Source: Octopus bimaculoides (lineage: Eukaryota). Taken from it: a stretch of DNA of 64,000 nt. The stretch is taken from contig NC_068993.1 of assembly GCF_001194135.2 (NCBI RefSeq), positions 42,478,486 through 42,542,485 of the forward strand. Direction: 5' to 3'. The translations under genes and the position numbers were made by a program. Numbering within the stretch: position 1 is the stretch's first letter; the number at the start of each line of letters is the position of its first letter. Under the pieces are notes generated by a model. It made no database searches. It was given only the letters and a program-made list of their open reading frames with translations, and was not told the DNA's origin. Positions 50,955-64,000 of this stretch are shown one piece after another.

Positions 50955-53199
50955 TGTGTGTGTGTGTACATACATTCATACATAGAAACATACATATATC
51001 CTTATATCCTTTTTAGACTGTTTATTATAATTAGATGTATTTATGTGAGAAGAAAAGACAAAATATCAAAACATAGAGTGGAAGCTGAGAGGAAGAGAAA
51101 GAGAAACAATTTCTCTGAAATTGAACAAAGGCTAAGTGTATAAGTACGGGAAAGAACATTTCTACCATTTTTTCCTAAAATAAAATTTTAGTGGAAAAAG
51201 AAAAGAACAGAAACGAAATTGCTATGAAAGTCTGGAGACGTAGTTATTTATAAGTTCTCTCTTACATACATATGTCTTAAGTTATACGATCATACCTACA
51301 GACGGTTTCTTACAAACTTCGATTATCAATCAATTCAATTTATAAATTTATGGAACCATAGACACAAGTATCTGTCAAACGTAATACCACACGCCCATTA
51401 TAATTCATATGTACAGATATATGAACATACACGTGCCCATACATGTGCAAGGGTATGTTTATATGTACCTCTGTATGGTTATGAATACATGTGTATGTTT
51501 CTTATCGATTGCAATATATAAATTAAATATGGCGAGTCTATAGTGGAAAAAATTCTTACAATAAAATACTTATGTATATGTCGCAATGTAGTTCTTATGG
51601 TTTTAGCATGTTTCATCTTAAGAAGTAATGAGGATATATCACTAAGAAATCTAATAGCATATTTATGTCAATCTTTCTTATAAAGAAACTCACACACTTC
51701 ATATATTCTGTGATGAGCTAAATCTTGAAATATGAATATAGTAACTATTTCTGAAGCATTGCAATACTTGCTACTGTCCATCCAAATTTTTAGCACCACT
51801 AACGAAATCATATCTAACAATGACGCTGTGTAAGTGATATTGAAACAACACTGATCCTAATTTTTTTAATTGTTTTACAACTATAGTTGAATTCTCATTA
51901 GAGGAGGCAAAACAGGATATTAAAGCATTGTCCAATAAAGATTAATTAAAATGTTTTGATGCGCCCGAGATTGCTAAACGTATGACCGTAATCATTTAGA
52001 TATTCAAATATTATTACTTCTCGAATATCCAAAGCCCAGAAAGGACTCATTTACAAATATGATGTCGCGTTGGCGTAAAATAGCATCGCTTACAGCACCT
52101 ATGGGGGACAAGGCCATTATAAAAATGTTATGCCTATATGTGCTTACAAAATAATTATCATATAACTCTTTCAACATTGAGGGCCATGACAAGGTTCCTT
52201 AGCATCATCAAACTCTTTGACTCGGGTTTCAGCTTGAAGTGGCTTTTGGCTAAGCATTCTACCTACGAGATACAGATCTCTGCTTTCTCAGTTTCAGGCA
52301 ATAACGTTCTACCATCGTGTTTTGTGATCGGACTCTCTCTGACTTATATTTTATATCAATTCTGGTAAAGCCCAATGTTTGGTCATGTTCATTACGCTAA
52401 TCCTTCTATACATTAATCACGTGTTTGTTGATATTTATAACCTCACTGATTACTATGCAGTGTGCAATCTATTTGATATTTTCTTCCCAGGTCTTTCGAG
52501 AACGCAACTTAAACACATTTACATGAACACAAGTGTCGAATACAGAATTTAATGAAAATATAAGAAACTAGTCTTCTTTTGCAGAACCAATGCATAATCG
52601 CAACATACACCAAGGAAATTGTCTTGCAACATGCAGTTCTTATATGTAAAGATACCCAATAGCTATCAAAATATTTGATGAGTTTTCACTGCGGCTTCTC
52701 ATATTTACAACTGACAGACAATTCTGATTACCTGACACTCTCAAAAGTCAAATGTGATTCAAATAAGAATAATAAGCAAACTGCAGTAATTGGCTGTGCA
52801 AGAGGCAAACATCCAGCGTGTTGTGATCTACCCTTCGTGCTTTATGGATATGTGTATAAGTCTGATTTATTCCTTCTTCTTCTTTTGACGACATCTGTCG
52901 AACTGGCAGATGCCTGGGAGCATTTTCAGCGGCATAAAATGTTTAGAGGTAGCTCTTCCGCGAATGATGCAAACATGGATGCAGGTCCAAAGCGTGAAGT
53001 TTAAAATATTGGACAGATAGATTTCTTGCAGATCTATCCATGACAATCTCCAAACCTGAGATATAGCGTAGAGAGAGTGCTTAATAAATCTGGCTTCGGT
53101 GAAGTCGACCATCGGCACTTGGTTGTTGTCTTCGAGGACAGTTAACTATTGTTGGAAATGGATAACCTCAACTTGTACCCTGCAAATTATAAACAATTA

Positions 53200-54330
53200 A
53201 AACCTCCGCCACGAACTACATGCCGATTGAATAAGGGAATTGTTATAAGATTCAGAGGGAGAAAATATGACAAGGAAAACTTGAAAAGAAGAATTCATTA
53301 AGGACATGCAATGTCATGCTAGGTAGAGAATCCGAGACATGAGAATTATATAAAGTATAGACCAAAAATACTTAGCAATCAATGAACTTGAGTAACACGA
53401 ATAAAAGTTGAAATATTTTTGACGCACTAGATGAATGCCTGAGAGATAAAGTTATTGCTTAGAAGAGAATAACTACTTCAGTTATGATATTCTAAAGTTG
53501 GGATTAAAAGAAGTAGGAAGGCTAAAGAGAAAATAAATAAAATAAAGTGTATTTGAAGACTTCAACTAATATCTGACTTAGTAAGAATATAGTTATTGCG
53601 AAATACATTCCGCGTGTCATATAACAGCGATATGGGCAAAAGATTAACCAGTGTGGAAACACAAGGAGAAAACTTGCAACACTGTGTAAGAAATGCAGAT
53701 TTCAAACCTGAGACGACTGGCTTCGGTATTTTTCTTTGTAGTCTGCATCCTTGAATCTGGCAGAAGATGAAAGCCTCTTCTCTAAAGATCACCAGATGAA
53801 TCTTATGAATCCGAATGAGTAAAATTACAGCAGACGAAACAATTGTCTCAAGTAACAAGCCTCAGCGAAAGACATGTAGCTGGAAGATATACCCGAAATT
53901 TGATATACCAACACAATATTGCATTGATATACAGCGGAAAAAAGTCTTATAGAATAATGAAAAGACCGCACTTTGGGATATGCTAATACACAGAAATAAA
54001 AATTTATTGGCAAATAGTTGTGGCAAAGAGTGACAATAAAATAAATTCCATTATTCTACTAATCGAATTATCAGTCTCAGCAGACTGTAATGTATCTATA
54101 CATAAATTATCCAAATATAAAGACCTGATAATAGAGTTAAACAGAATGCAGAAACTGAAAACAGAAACACTCCTTTTAATCTAGATGTACTAATAAGCAC
54201 ACAAATGCAATCAAAACGATAGGACATAGAAATATGCCCAACAGTGTCAAAAGAAAGGGGCTTAGTCGGACATATACGAGCACACGTATCCATAAAGTAC
54301 GAAGGGAAGATCATAATAAGTTATTTGTCT
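53200..54330 (+). mobile_element. R4/Dong-clade (restriction-like endonuclease) LINE remnant
   Basis: DFKPETTGF, AEDESL, LWDMLIHRNKNLLAN, LLIELSVSADCNV, KLSKYKDLIIELNRM; 5' boundary approximate. Confidence 0.7.
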
Positions 54331-54574
54331 CTCGCACAGCCAGTCATTGGTTGTATCTTCCTTGCTATTTTCTGTTTTCTGAAAATAGCACTACTAGACA
54401 ATGCATCTATATTAGAAAGGGCCCTTCAATACAATTGAAATCACTATAATAAAAGAAGCGGAAAACTAACTGCATGTCTCAAAAGGCCATAGACGTGGTC
54501 TTCGTTCTATTGTGGAATCACGCAAAAAAAAGTAATACTACAGAAGAGTATGTATTATAAGTTCATACATATGC

Positions 54575-54745
54575 ATAACGCTACAAATTTGGGTAGAGGA
54601 GTCAGTCAACTAAAGTAGCCCAATACTTGATCGCTACTTTGACCTCATTGACCATCAGCAGGATGAATGACGAGAGTGGCATTGGTAGAATCTGAACTGA
54701 GCATAAAGAGCTTAAAGGAATAGCGCAAAGCAACGTGATTGACAC
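54575..54745 (-). mobile_element. Old, highly degraded family A SINE
   Basis: Weak by-eye homology (GGATGAATGACGAGAGTGGCATTGGTAGAATCTGAACT). Confidence 0.35.
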
Positions 54746-55368
54746 CTTTTTGTGAAACTACCCCTGTAATTGATTTAGTGTCTGAAAACAATAATTTCAA
54801 AATCGCAGCATCTTATATTTTGGCGAGCACAAGGGAAGCAACCAGATTTAGATGTTGTTGATGTGTCACTTTTCAAAAACGAAATAAAATACATTATTAG
54901 TTTTAACTCACTGAGTTTTTTCAACCAAACTATAATAAAGAAAATTTCAATTAATCGATACTGCTGATATTACAGGAAAGAAAGAAATGCATGTTTTGAT
55001 TTAAAGAACCATTTAACTCAAAGCATACCAAATTTGAACGCGATCGATGAAAACAAATTGTCAGTAAAAGAGCATATGCGATATACTACATTAAATCGAT
55101 CCTCTGCTATCAGTAGTTATCATGTTCGGGATAGATGGTAACAATGACCTTGGCAACTGTTCAGTTCACAGTTGGCATCTTCCGAGCCGTATCGGTACGA
55201 GAAATTATTTTCCCATTTCCTCTGCACTGTTCATTTGAACCGACCTATATGACTCGCAATAATTGTGTAAAAATAATATTAATAATATTTGATTTTTAAA
55301 AAAATGATAAATTGATATGAAACTCTGCTTTCAAAACTCTCTCTCTCTCTCCCTCTCTCTCTCTCTCC

Positions 55369-55400
<32 letters not shown>

Positions 55401-55429
55401 ATATATATATATATATACATACATACATG

Positions 55430-55625
55430 GTGGTTGTCTACTCCTTAAACAGAGTTTGACCACATCCTGCACCTACACCNNNNNNNNNNTTTGAGGCCAG
55501 CCAAGGACAGACATGGTCTGTCACAGACTGTGCACACAAAAAGGTCCTTGTCATTCACCTTCTCAGTCTTCACCTTTTTCCTTAAATGTCTCTTGAGCCC
55601 TGCTTGCATCATCCTGGCCTCATAC
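55430..55625 (-). mobile_element. RTE LINE 3' end (C-terminal C2H2-like finger), broken by an N gap
   Basis: FVCTVCDRPCLSLAGLK...CRCR resembles the RTE terminal C-x2-C-x3-C-x-S-x2-G-L-x-S-H motif. Confidence 0.55.
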
Positions 55626-56609
55626 ATGCATACATACATACATACATACATACATACACATACATACATACATACATACAACTGAGTTTATATTGACTAA
55701 AACTTAAAAACATACATAAACAAGTATTGAAATAAGAATGGCGTAAGGTTAAATTAAATACAAAAAAATTCTTTATCATGGAATATGTTTGCCAACGAGA
55801 AGCACAGATGTTCCTGTGTGCAGCTCATATTTCTATCATGCTATCATAATGGAGTAGAGTTTATTTCGATGTGAACTATTTTAAACATATCTATAATTTC
55901 TATTTTCTCAAATATATTCACTATCCATAAATCTGCCCATTATTTTATTACAATAAAAAATAAAATTTACAACGTCAACAAAATTAAAAGGGCTATAGAA
56001 TCGTAAACTTTTCGTAGCTTTTAAAGAATATTACACTCTAAGTGAAGTGATTTCCATTAAAGATTACTAGCAGTTGGTGGTAAATTGTTAGAAGGGATAA
56101 ATTCAGAATTAAGAACTCATTTTAAAATCTTCAGTCAAAAAGATAACATCACTGAAAATATAAAATTCAATTTAAAGCTTTTAAAAAGTAACACGATTAC
56201 AATTTATGCGTTTCTAATTTCTTTTAGAGCGAACGAAATGCTAATCCGCCATATATGAAAATAACATTTTCTGGATGTTTCTAGAAAGTAAATTTTGACT
56301 TAAAGTTATTACTTTTTTTATTTATTTCCGAGAAATTCCGAGAGATGTTTGGACGGTAGTTAAATAAATAACTGAAAATAATTATATTTTCCTCGCACTG
56401 GTTTCTGTCTTCATCCTTACAATTGAATTATTGTTATCGAGTTGACTACTTATGTGGTATAGCAAATATCTGGGGAAATGGAAAGGACTGCTTCAACTGA
56501 ATGTTCCGTTGCTATTTCTTCTTAAAGAATTGTTACAGCATATACCAAACATATATTATGTTTCCAAACATACAATTTGGTAAAAAAAGAAAGAAAACGA
56601 AATATTGAT

Positions 56610-57250
56610 GACGCGTTGTGTTAAAAAGCTCATTTTGTAATCACGCAGATTCAGGTTCAATTCCACTGCTTGGGACTTTGGTCACGTGCCTTCTATTATC
56701 GCCCCGCGCCGAACGATTCCTTGTGAGTAAATGTTGTAAACGAAAACTTTGTTGAAGACCATCATATACGCATACATTTTTTTTACGTCTTACGTTTTAG
56801 TTTTCCGTTTTCTCTTTTACCCTTCCACGTTTTGTATATGCTGCCGTCTCAATTTTTTTCGCGTTTCATCTCTCATTCAATTTTTATAGTTCGTTATGAT
56901 ATGTGGCTTCTGCCTGACGAATATGTTTGAGAAATTTCTAAACATATGAAACTATTAGTAGCACTTAATGGTACGTATTGTGTCCTTTAAATAAAGAATA
57001 TTTATCTGTGTGTGTCTGTGTCTGTGTGTTTGTGCATTTGTGTGTGTGTGTATGTGTGTGTGTGTGTGCGTGTGTGCGTGTGTGCGTGTGTGTGTGTATG
57101 TGTGTGTGCGTGTGCGTGTGCGTGCGAGCGCGCGTCTACATACATTATCGGTTTGGAAAAGAGTGTGCTAGAATAGGTAGCAGTCTTAAAAATATAAATA
57201 CTTGAGTTGATTTATTCGACTAATTCCTTCAAGACGACTCCCCGAAGTAA
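56610..57250 (+). mobile_element. Degraded family B SINE with central microsatellite
   Basis: 5' part 56610-56770 (CAGGTTCAATTCCACTG...CCTTGTGAGT), (TG)n, 3' part 57140-57250. Confidence 0.5.
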
Positions 57251-59294
57251 AAGGTAACAACGTAACAGGTAAGAGAATTATTATGTATGCCATTGTTGTT
57301 CCTTCACTTTTTTTTTTATTCTACTATCGCTGGTATGTAATAATTTTGTGGTTCTCATATACAAAGGAGTTTTATTAGATACCACACCCGTTTTGCATGG
57401 TAGTCTGCATGTGTAACCGCGAAAGTGAGAACATATGCCGGGTGTGGCACTAAAAGCGGGGGCGCAAAGGAACATAGTTGGCGTAACATACTGAATGTGA
57501 AGTAAGTGACCTTAAGAAAATTGAAGTTATGTTTGCTTAAATATAACTATTTTTTTTTTACTGGAATTCGGCCTGCAAACGGAAGAATATACAAGGGTTT
57601 AAATATGCGTACAATTTCGTAAGATGTACTATCGTGTGTACAAAGGCATGCCATAACGCTTAGTATGCGGCACTCATATTGCTCCGGTCTACTCAGCTGT
57701 ATATAATAGCCTTACGACGAATTGACGTTCTGTCCAGGGTAAACCTTGCAATTTGGGTGACTTATTCGACATAGAAAATAGTCCTATGTGCCCTAGGACT
57801 CGAACCAGAACTTACCATCAACTGCTTTCCTTCAAAATTTCTTTCACTTCTCGCAATCGCTACTTTTGAAACCCTCGGCTAGTGTGCCAGGAATACACCA
57901 CCGAAAAACTCCAGCATTTTGCCAATAGTCTACTCTCCCATTCCTGAGTTCCATCAGGTACTTGAATATTTATGTCTCTCCTCCTCTAAGGTCCGGAATA
58001 TACTGCACATTAAACTACATTCGTTATTTGCCCGTGCAGCAAACTGAATCGGCTCGGACGATTCAACGGAAATGCACATAATCCGTAGACTTATGACAGC
58101 TGGATACGTTCACTGGAGTAGTGGGTATTTATTAAGTTCGTGACCATGAAGACGCGACATTTTATTACATTGCTAATAAGAACACCTCTATCAATTGTAA
58201 CATCGATATTCTATGCTTTTAATACAGAATTCTAAACGTTGAACTTTTATATTATGTAATACGCTAACATGAAATTATGTATTTCGGAATCCTGAGATTC
58301 TGCATGCTCATCTTTTGTATTCTTTCTCTTACAACCGTCAATTCGATTTGCACTCCACATTCTGCGTAATGGAGTCGATTTAGACTTGTTTATGCTGCAT
58401 ATTTTCATGTAGCATGTATTTACCACGTTGTATTATGCTGTATTGCGTTGTATTGTGATAGTGCATTGTATTTCATTGTACGGCAGGTGTACTGTAGATA
58501 GGTAACACCCAGATTGTAAATACTGCAACAGAAACCACTCATAGTGTGTATCACTCTGAAAAGGTCAAAAAGATCATTTGTGCAGTGCAAAGTTCTGAAG
58601 TGGCAAATGAACACAAAACCTGAGCATGACATTGCATTTTTGACACCCAATCTTGGTCCTAGTATTTCATATTTTGTATTGGAATCTGATGTTTGTTTGG
58701 TTTTTGAAACCATAGTAAGCATTATCCTCCCACAAACCTACCTTATATTCCACTTTTACCAGCTCATTTGACCATTTCAGTATTTCACCATCGAAATTGT
58801 CTACGATTTACAACGGTTAACATTCTCTTTTCTTCAACGATATTTACTACACTGCTACCTAGCAGTAATTTCTAAGTATAGGAATGACATCGAATCTTGG
58901 ATACACCCCACCTACTTCACTGGACCTTTCACTCTGTTTTTCCTATATTTTTTCGACTTTCGTTTTTCCTATTTTTCTGCTGACTCAGCGGTAAAGCCTG
59001 TTTGTGTAGTCTGTGCTAGCAGTTGCTGTTTTAATCAAACAGTTCTGTCCTGTTGGCATTGATCAACCAATCCTATGCTTTTATCCATCTATTGTTATCG
59101 GGAGAGTTCTGTCTTTCCTTACTTTACCATTTCATTTTGCTCTATGAATTGGTTTTATTTCTTGGAAACTTCAATATAATAGTCAACTGCATCAGTCGAA
59201 ATGAATTGTCATCCTCACCTTACTATCGAGTATTTTTTTCTTAGATTCATTAAGACAAAAGTATATGCGTGTGTAAGTGTCTGTGTGTGTGAAC

Positions 59295-59347
<53 letters not shown>

Positions 59348-60149
59348 CATGTGAACCTCTGTCGCTTGTCTTTATCAGGATGTATCTTATATGCGTTTTA
59401 TTGCAAAGCTGCATTTGGAAACTCGTCATACTCATTTCCAATGCATTTGTATAAAAACTCTCAAACGCCTCTTAAATTGGTAATCGTGTGTATATGGGGT
59501 AGGGGTTAAATAATTAAAAACGTTTGCTTCGGTGAGTAATTTTACAAATAATGCCAATGGATATCTTGAAATAATTTAGTACCATATTAGCTATTAGTAT
59601 TATATAAAAATTGTCGGTGACCAGCAAAGACAATGGCAGAAGTGGGTTTCTATTTGTATACGGCTAAATATTTAAGGAATAAGACGAAATATGAATAACG
59701 CAAACACATACATAAGGTAAGAGAAATAACTATGAGAGAATGCTCCCATCGTGCAAAAATATGGTTTGAAATTGACATGTGGGTCTTAGAAATTTGCTTA
59801 TTTTTGGAAAGCTATTTGTATATTGTGTTCATGATGTTTCGACTGTTATCGTACATCACTGTTTTTGTGATACAGTGTATAAAACATGCAACACACATCT
59901 ATAACTGTATTTTTTATCTACTGTCAAAAACATCAAGTGATCATAGATTTATATATAAATCTGTCTGCCAAGAAAAAATGAGTTTGTAAATTTAATACAT
60001 TATAATGATTTATAAAGATTTATTTCAATACGTTTCTTGTTTACATTTCATGATATCCAGTGTAAGATTACAACAATATTTAGTACAGAGTCGGGGGAAA
60101 TTAATACACACTATTACACAACATGAACAAAACAAAAGACTATACTGAG

Positions 60150-60956
60150 TCTTTAATAAAGACAACAAATACGAAGCAATAATAGTAAGCTATAAAGAAA
60201 TTGGAGAAGCAATAACAGAAGATATGCATTTTCAAAAATCTAAACTAAAATTTTAATTACAGATAAAACGATCCAAAAAAAGAGCTACAAGGCCAAACCT
60301 GAATAAAGCTGAACAGAATAGAATTAAAGAAAACTAACAATGGATGAAAATTAGTGACTCATCGTAGTGCCTGCAGGATTCCTGTTTCCTGCACAGGACC
60401 AAATCCTCCTCACCAGAAAGGTAATGAAGCAGAATACTTCAAAATACATTCACTGATATAACAGTGTGAGAACAAACATAATATGGAAATAATGGCAGCA
60501 TACGTATTAAATACGAACAGAAAAGAGTTGGTATACATGTAATGAGGAGAGATTTCCCGACAATGGCCAAGCAAACGTATTCTGGGATATTGTAGTACAC
60601 ATAGGCAGGAGGGTCATAGTTTACAACCATTATATATCTAAAAGAGATGGGGAAATTATCCAAATACAAAGATCTGGTAGCGGAAATACTGGAATGCGGG
60701 GACTAAAAACAGAAATAATAGTAGTAATGATAATAGGTGCTCTGGAAATGATGAAAAATGTTTGCAGACAAATACATAAAACTTTAGGATGTATTAATAT
60801 ACATAATATATAGAATTGAGCAATAGACACATATTACATAAGGTTGATTCAATATAGTAAGAATAATAAGATGAAATGTAATACTGCATATGTCCAAAGA
60901 GCAAGGAACTACCCTCGGTAGTTTAGCAAAAGCACTCAACAAGAACATAGCTAGTA
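60150..60956 (+). mobile_element. R4/Dong-clade LINE 3' remnant running into (AAT)n
   Basis: GFLFPAQDQILLTR, VFWDIVVH, GKLSKYKDL, GLKTEII...IGAL; followed by an (AAT)n tract. Confidence 0.7.
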
Positions 60957-60972
60957 AATAATAATAATAATG

Positions 60973-61048
<76 letters not shown>

Positions 61049-61070
61049 TAATAACAACGATAATAATAAT

Positions 61071-61103
<33 letters not shown>

Positions 61104-61132
61104 AAGAAGAAGAAGAAGAAGAAGAAGAAGAA
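60957..61132. repeat. (AAT)n then (AAG)n microsatellite
   Basis: Read directly. Confidence 0.95.
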
Positions 61133-64000
61133 NNNNNNNNNNNNNNNNNNNNNNNNNNNNNNNNNNNNNNNNNNNNNNNNNNNNNNNNNNNNNNNNNNNN
61201 NNNNNNNNNNNNNNNNNNNNNNNNNNNNNNNNNNNNNNNNNNNNNNNNNNNNNNNNNNNNNNNNNNNNNNNNNNNNNNNNNNNNNNNNNNNNNNNNNNNN
61301 NNNNNNNNNNNNNNNNNNNNNNNNNNNNNNNNNNNNNNNNNNNNNNNNNNNNNNNNNNNNNNNNNNNNNNNNNNNNNNNNNNNNNNNNNNNNNNNNNNNN
61401 NNNNNNNNNNNNNNNNNNNNNNNNNNNNNNNNNNNNNNNNNNNNNNNNNNNNNNNNNNNNNNNNNNNNNNNNNNNNNNNNNNNNNNNNNNNNNNNNNNNN
61501 NNNNNNNNNNNNNNNNNNNNNNNNNNNNNNNNNNNNNNNNNNNNNNNNNNNNNNNNNNNNNNNNNNNNNNNNNNNNNNNNNNNNNNNNNNNNNNNNNNNN
61601 NNNNNNNNNNNNNNNNNNNNNNNNNNNNNNNNNNNNNNNNNNNNNNNNNNNNNNNNNNNNNNNNNNNNNNNNNNNNNNNNNNNNNNNNNNNNNNNNNNNN
61701 NNNNNNNNNNNNNNNNNNNNNNNNNNNNNNNNNNNNNNNNNNNNNNNNNNNNNNNNNNNNNNNNNNNNNNNNNNNNNNNNNNNNNNNNNNNNNNNNNNNN
61801 NNNNNNNNNNNNNNNNNNNNNNNNNNNNNNNNGATGTAATCTTTTAAGCTTCTAACAGACTACCTAGCGAAATATTAATGAGAATTTATATTTTATATTA
61901 TGTTTTTTTTCTAACATTAAAAGATATCAATAAATTATATTCGGCTTCACATTAGCAATATGACTTTTGGTAGTTCTTGTAAATGCACTGCTTAACGATC
62001 ATAATGGTACACTTTGTAGTATTTTTAATAGAGAAAATATATTTAAATTTTCATTTTTCGTGTTACTGTCAAGTCATTTATTTTCTTCATCTTTTACTAA
62101 AGAATATTTTGGCCGGAAAATGTTATAATTATTTTGCCGATGAAACATTTGAACATTATTTAGGTGCTGCTCCAGTATGTTGTGAAATTATTACATTTGG
62201 ATTATATAAAAATGATCTTCTTCTTTTGGATATTTACCAAATTTATCACTTAAAGAGAAAACTTCCCATCAGACCTAAAAAAAAATTGAAAGAAATTCAA
62301 ATATTGACAATCGACTTAAAAATAGGTTTCCATTAAGACTTTCAATGCAATGCAACATTGACATAACTGGAAGCAAGCCAGAAAATTATATTCTTAAACC
62401 CTTTTAAGAAAAAAAAAAGGTCTAGTAATGCCAATGTTCCTTGTCAATTATAACACTTAGCTGTTCAATGTTACCATTCTCCAGGAGAAAATTCAGTTTG
62501 AACTTTAAACTACTAAAACATTATGTTCTATAAAAGATTCCTTTAGGAAAACCTATTATTTATAGTTAAGAATACTGTAATTAATGTACCTCTCTGATTT
62601 CAGTCATGAATGTTTTTTTTTTTTGTTTTTTTTTTGCTTATTTTGTAAATCTTTGAGAGAAGATGTATTGAAATTTCAAATATTTTATAAGAGTTATAAA
62701 CAGTATTATGATAAAGTTACAACGTTCTGGAGCACTGATATAGGAAGAGTGCTTTATTCGTCACCACAACTGAACTTTCAAATTTCTTTGAATATTTGTT
62801 GTAAAGTACGTATACATGTATGTACGCACACACACAGACATATGTATGTACGTATGTATATATGCATGTATGTATATAAATATAGATATATATATATATA
62901 TGTATACATNNNNNNNNNNNNNNNNNNNNNNNNNNNNNNNNNNNNNNNNNNNNNNNNNNNNNNNNNNNNNNNNNNNNNNNNNNNNNNNNNNNNNNNNNNN
63001 NNNNNNNNNNNNNNNNNNNNNNNNNNNNNNNNNNNNNNNNNNNNNNNNNNNNNNNNNNNNNNNNNNNNNNNNNNNNNNNNNNNNNNNNNNNNNNNNNNNN
63101 NNNNNNNNNNNNNNNNNNNNNNNNNNNNNNNNNNNNNNNNNNNNNNNNNNNNNNNNNNNNNNNNNNNNNNNNNNNNNNNNNNNNNNNNNNNNNNNNNNNN
63201 NNNNNNNNNNNNNNNNNNNNNNNNNNNNNNNNNNNNNNNNNNNNNNNNNNNNNNNNNNNNNNNNNNNNNNNNNNNNNNNNNNNNNNNNNNNNNNNNNNNN
63301 NNNNNNNNNNNNNNNNNNNNNNNNNNNNNNNNATATATATATATATATATATATATAGATATATATATACATACAAACATACATACATACATACATACAT
63401 ACATACATACATACATACATACATACATACATACATAATTATCATTAGAATCATCTATAGGGAAATCTATAGGGAATCTCAATAGGGAAACTCCGTCTCA
63501 GGGGAGATGTTCTATACTAGAAGATAGAGCACTGCTGCATATTCGGTGAGCCTACCCTGACAAAACTCTTGCTGGCCTGGACATCAGACCTCTGCCAGAG
63601 AATGTCCAGCTGTTATAGTATTAATATTAAAGTACATGATTGTATTTAGTATGTAGATGAAGGTCGGGCACAGATTTAGATACGTATCTATGCTAAAAGT
63701 AGCAAAGCTTCTCATAATATAAAGTGCCCTAAGGAGAACCATGTCTGTGATGAGTTAATTAATTCTCTAGACGTTGCAATATTGTGACCTTAAAATCACA
63801 CCTTACTGTTTAAAACATTGAATGACATAATTGGTGCATTTTCTGAAAGTAAGAAAGAGTGGTCAAGAGCTGAAATATTTTGGATATAGTACCCAACATT
63901 TCCTGTCATAAACGTAAAGCACAACCTTCCTGATATGTGCAATGAAATAAATGGTCCCTGATATCATGTGTTATGTAACGACTGTATAACGCTTAAAGCT

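Noticed and set aside
51980-52380. Possible minus-strand R4/Dong fragment (LKPESKSLMM)
   Set aside because: One weak motif only; not enough to call.

Overview
AT-rich, gap-ridden animal genomic DNA. The SINE families, microsatellite load and LINE complement resemble an Octopus/cephalopod assembly (inference). The only host coding sequence I can support is the last three coding exons of a CMIP (c-Maf-inducing protein) orthologue on the + strand (39585-39690, 40580-40650, 41276-41329), ending ...DVRYTEAW*. The rest is microsatellites, N gaps and decayed mobile DNA: a Tc1 element, three mariners, three piggyBac-type MITEs, CR1-like, RTE and R4/Dong LINE remnants, a Gypsy integrase fragment, a tRNA-Ala pseudogene and many tRNA-derived SINEs. 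Main signals: (1) four distinct small elements carry hammerhead-ribozyme (HHR) folds, including a near-canonical type I HHR in a 334-bp retrozyme-like unit and a tRNA-headed SINE-like element with a Penelope-like HHR tail and an inverted 5' duplication; (2) a dense, same-orientation cluster of RFX X-box-like motifs, partly at a 20-bp period, follows the CMIP stop; (3) the CMIP piece is a CpG-depleted block bounded by two 10-N gaps, so it is either a methylated gene-body domain or a mis-scaffolded contig. All alignments, folds and counts were done by eye; no searches were run.
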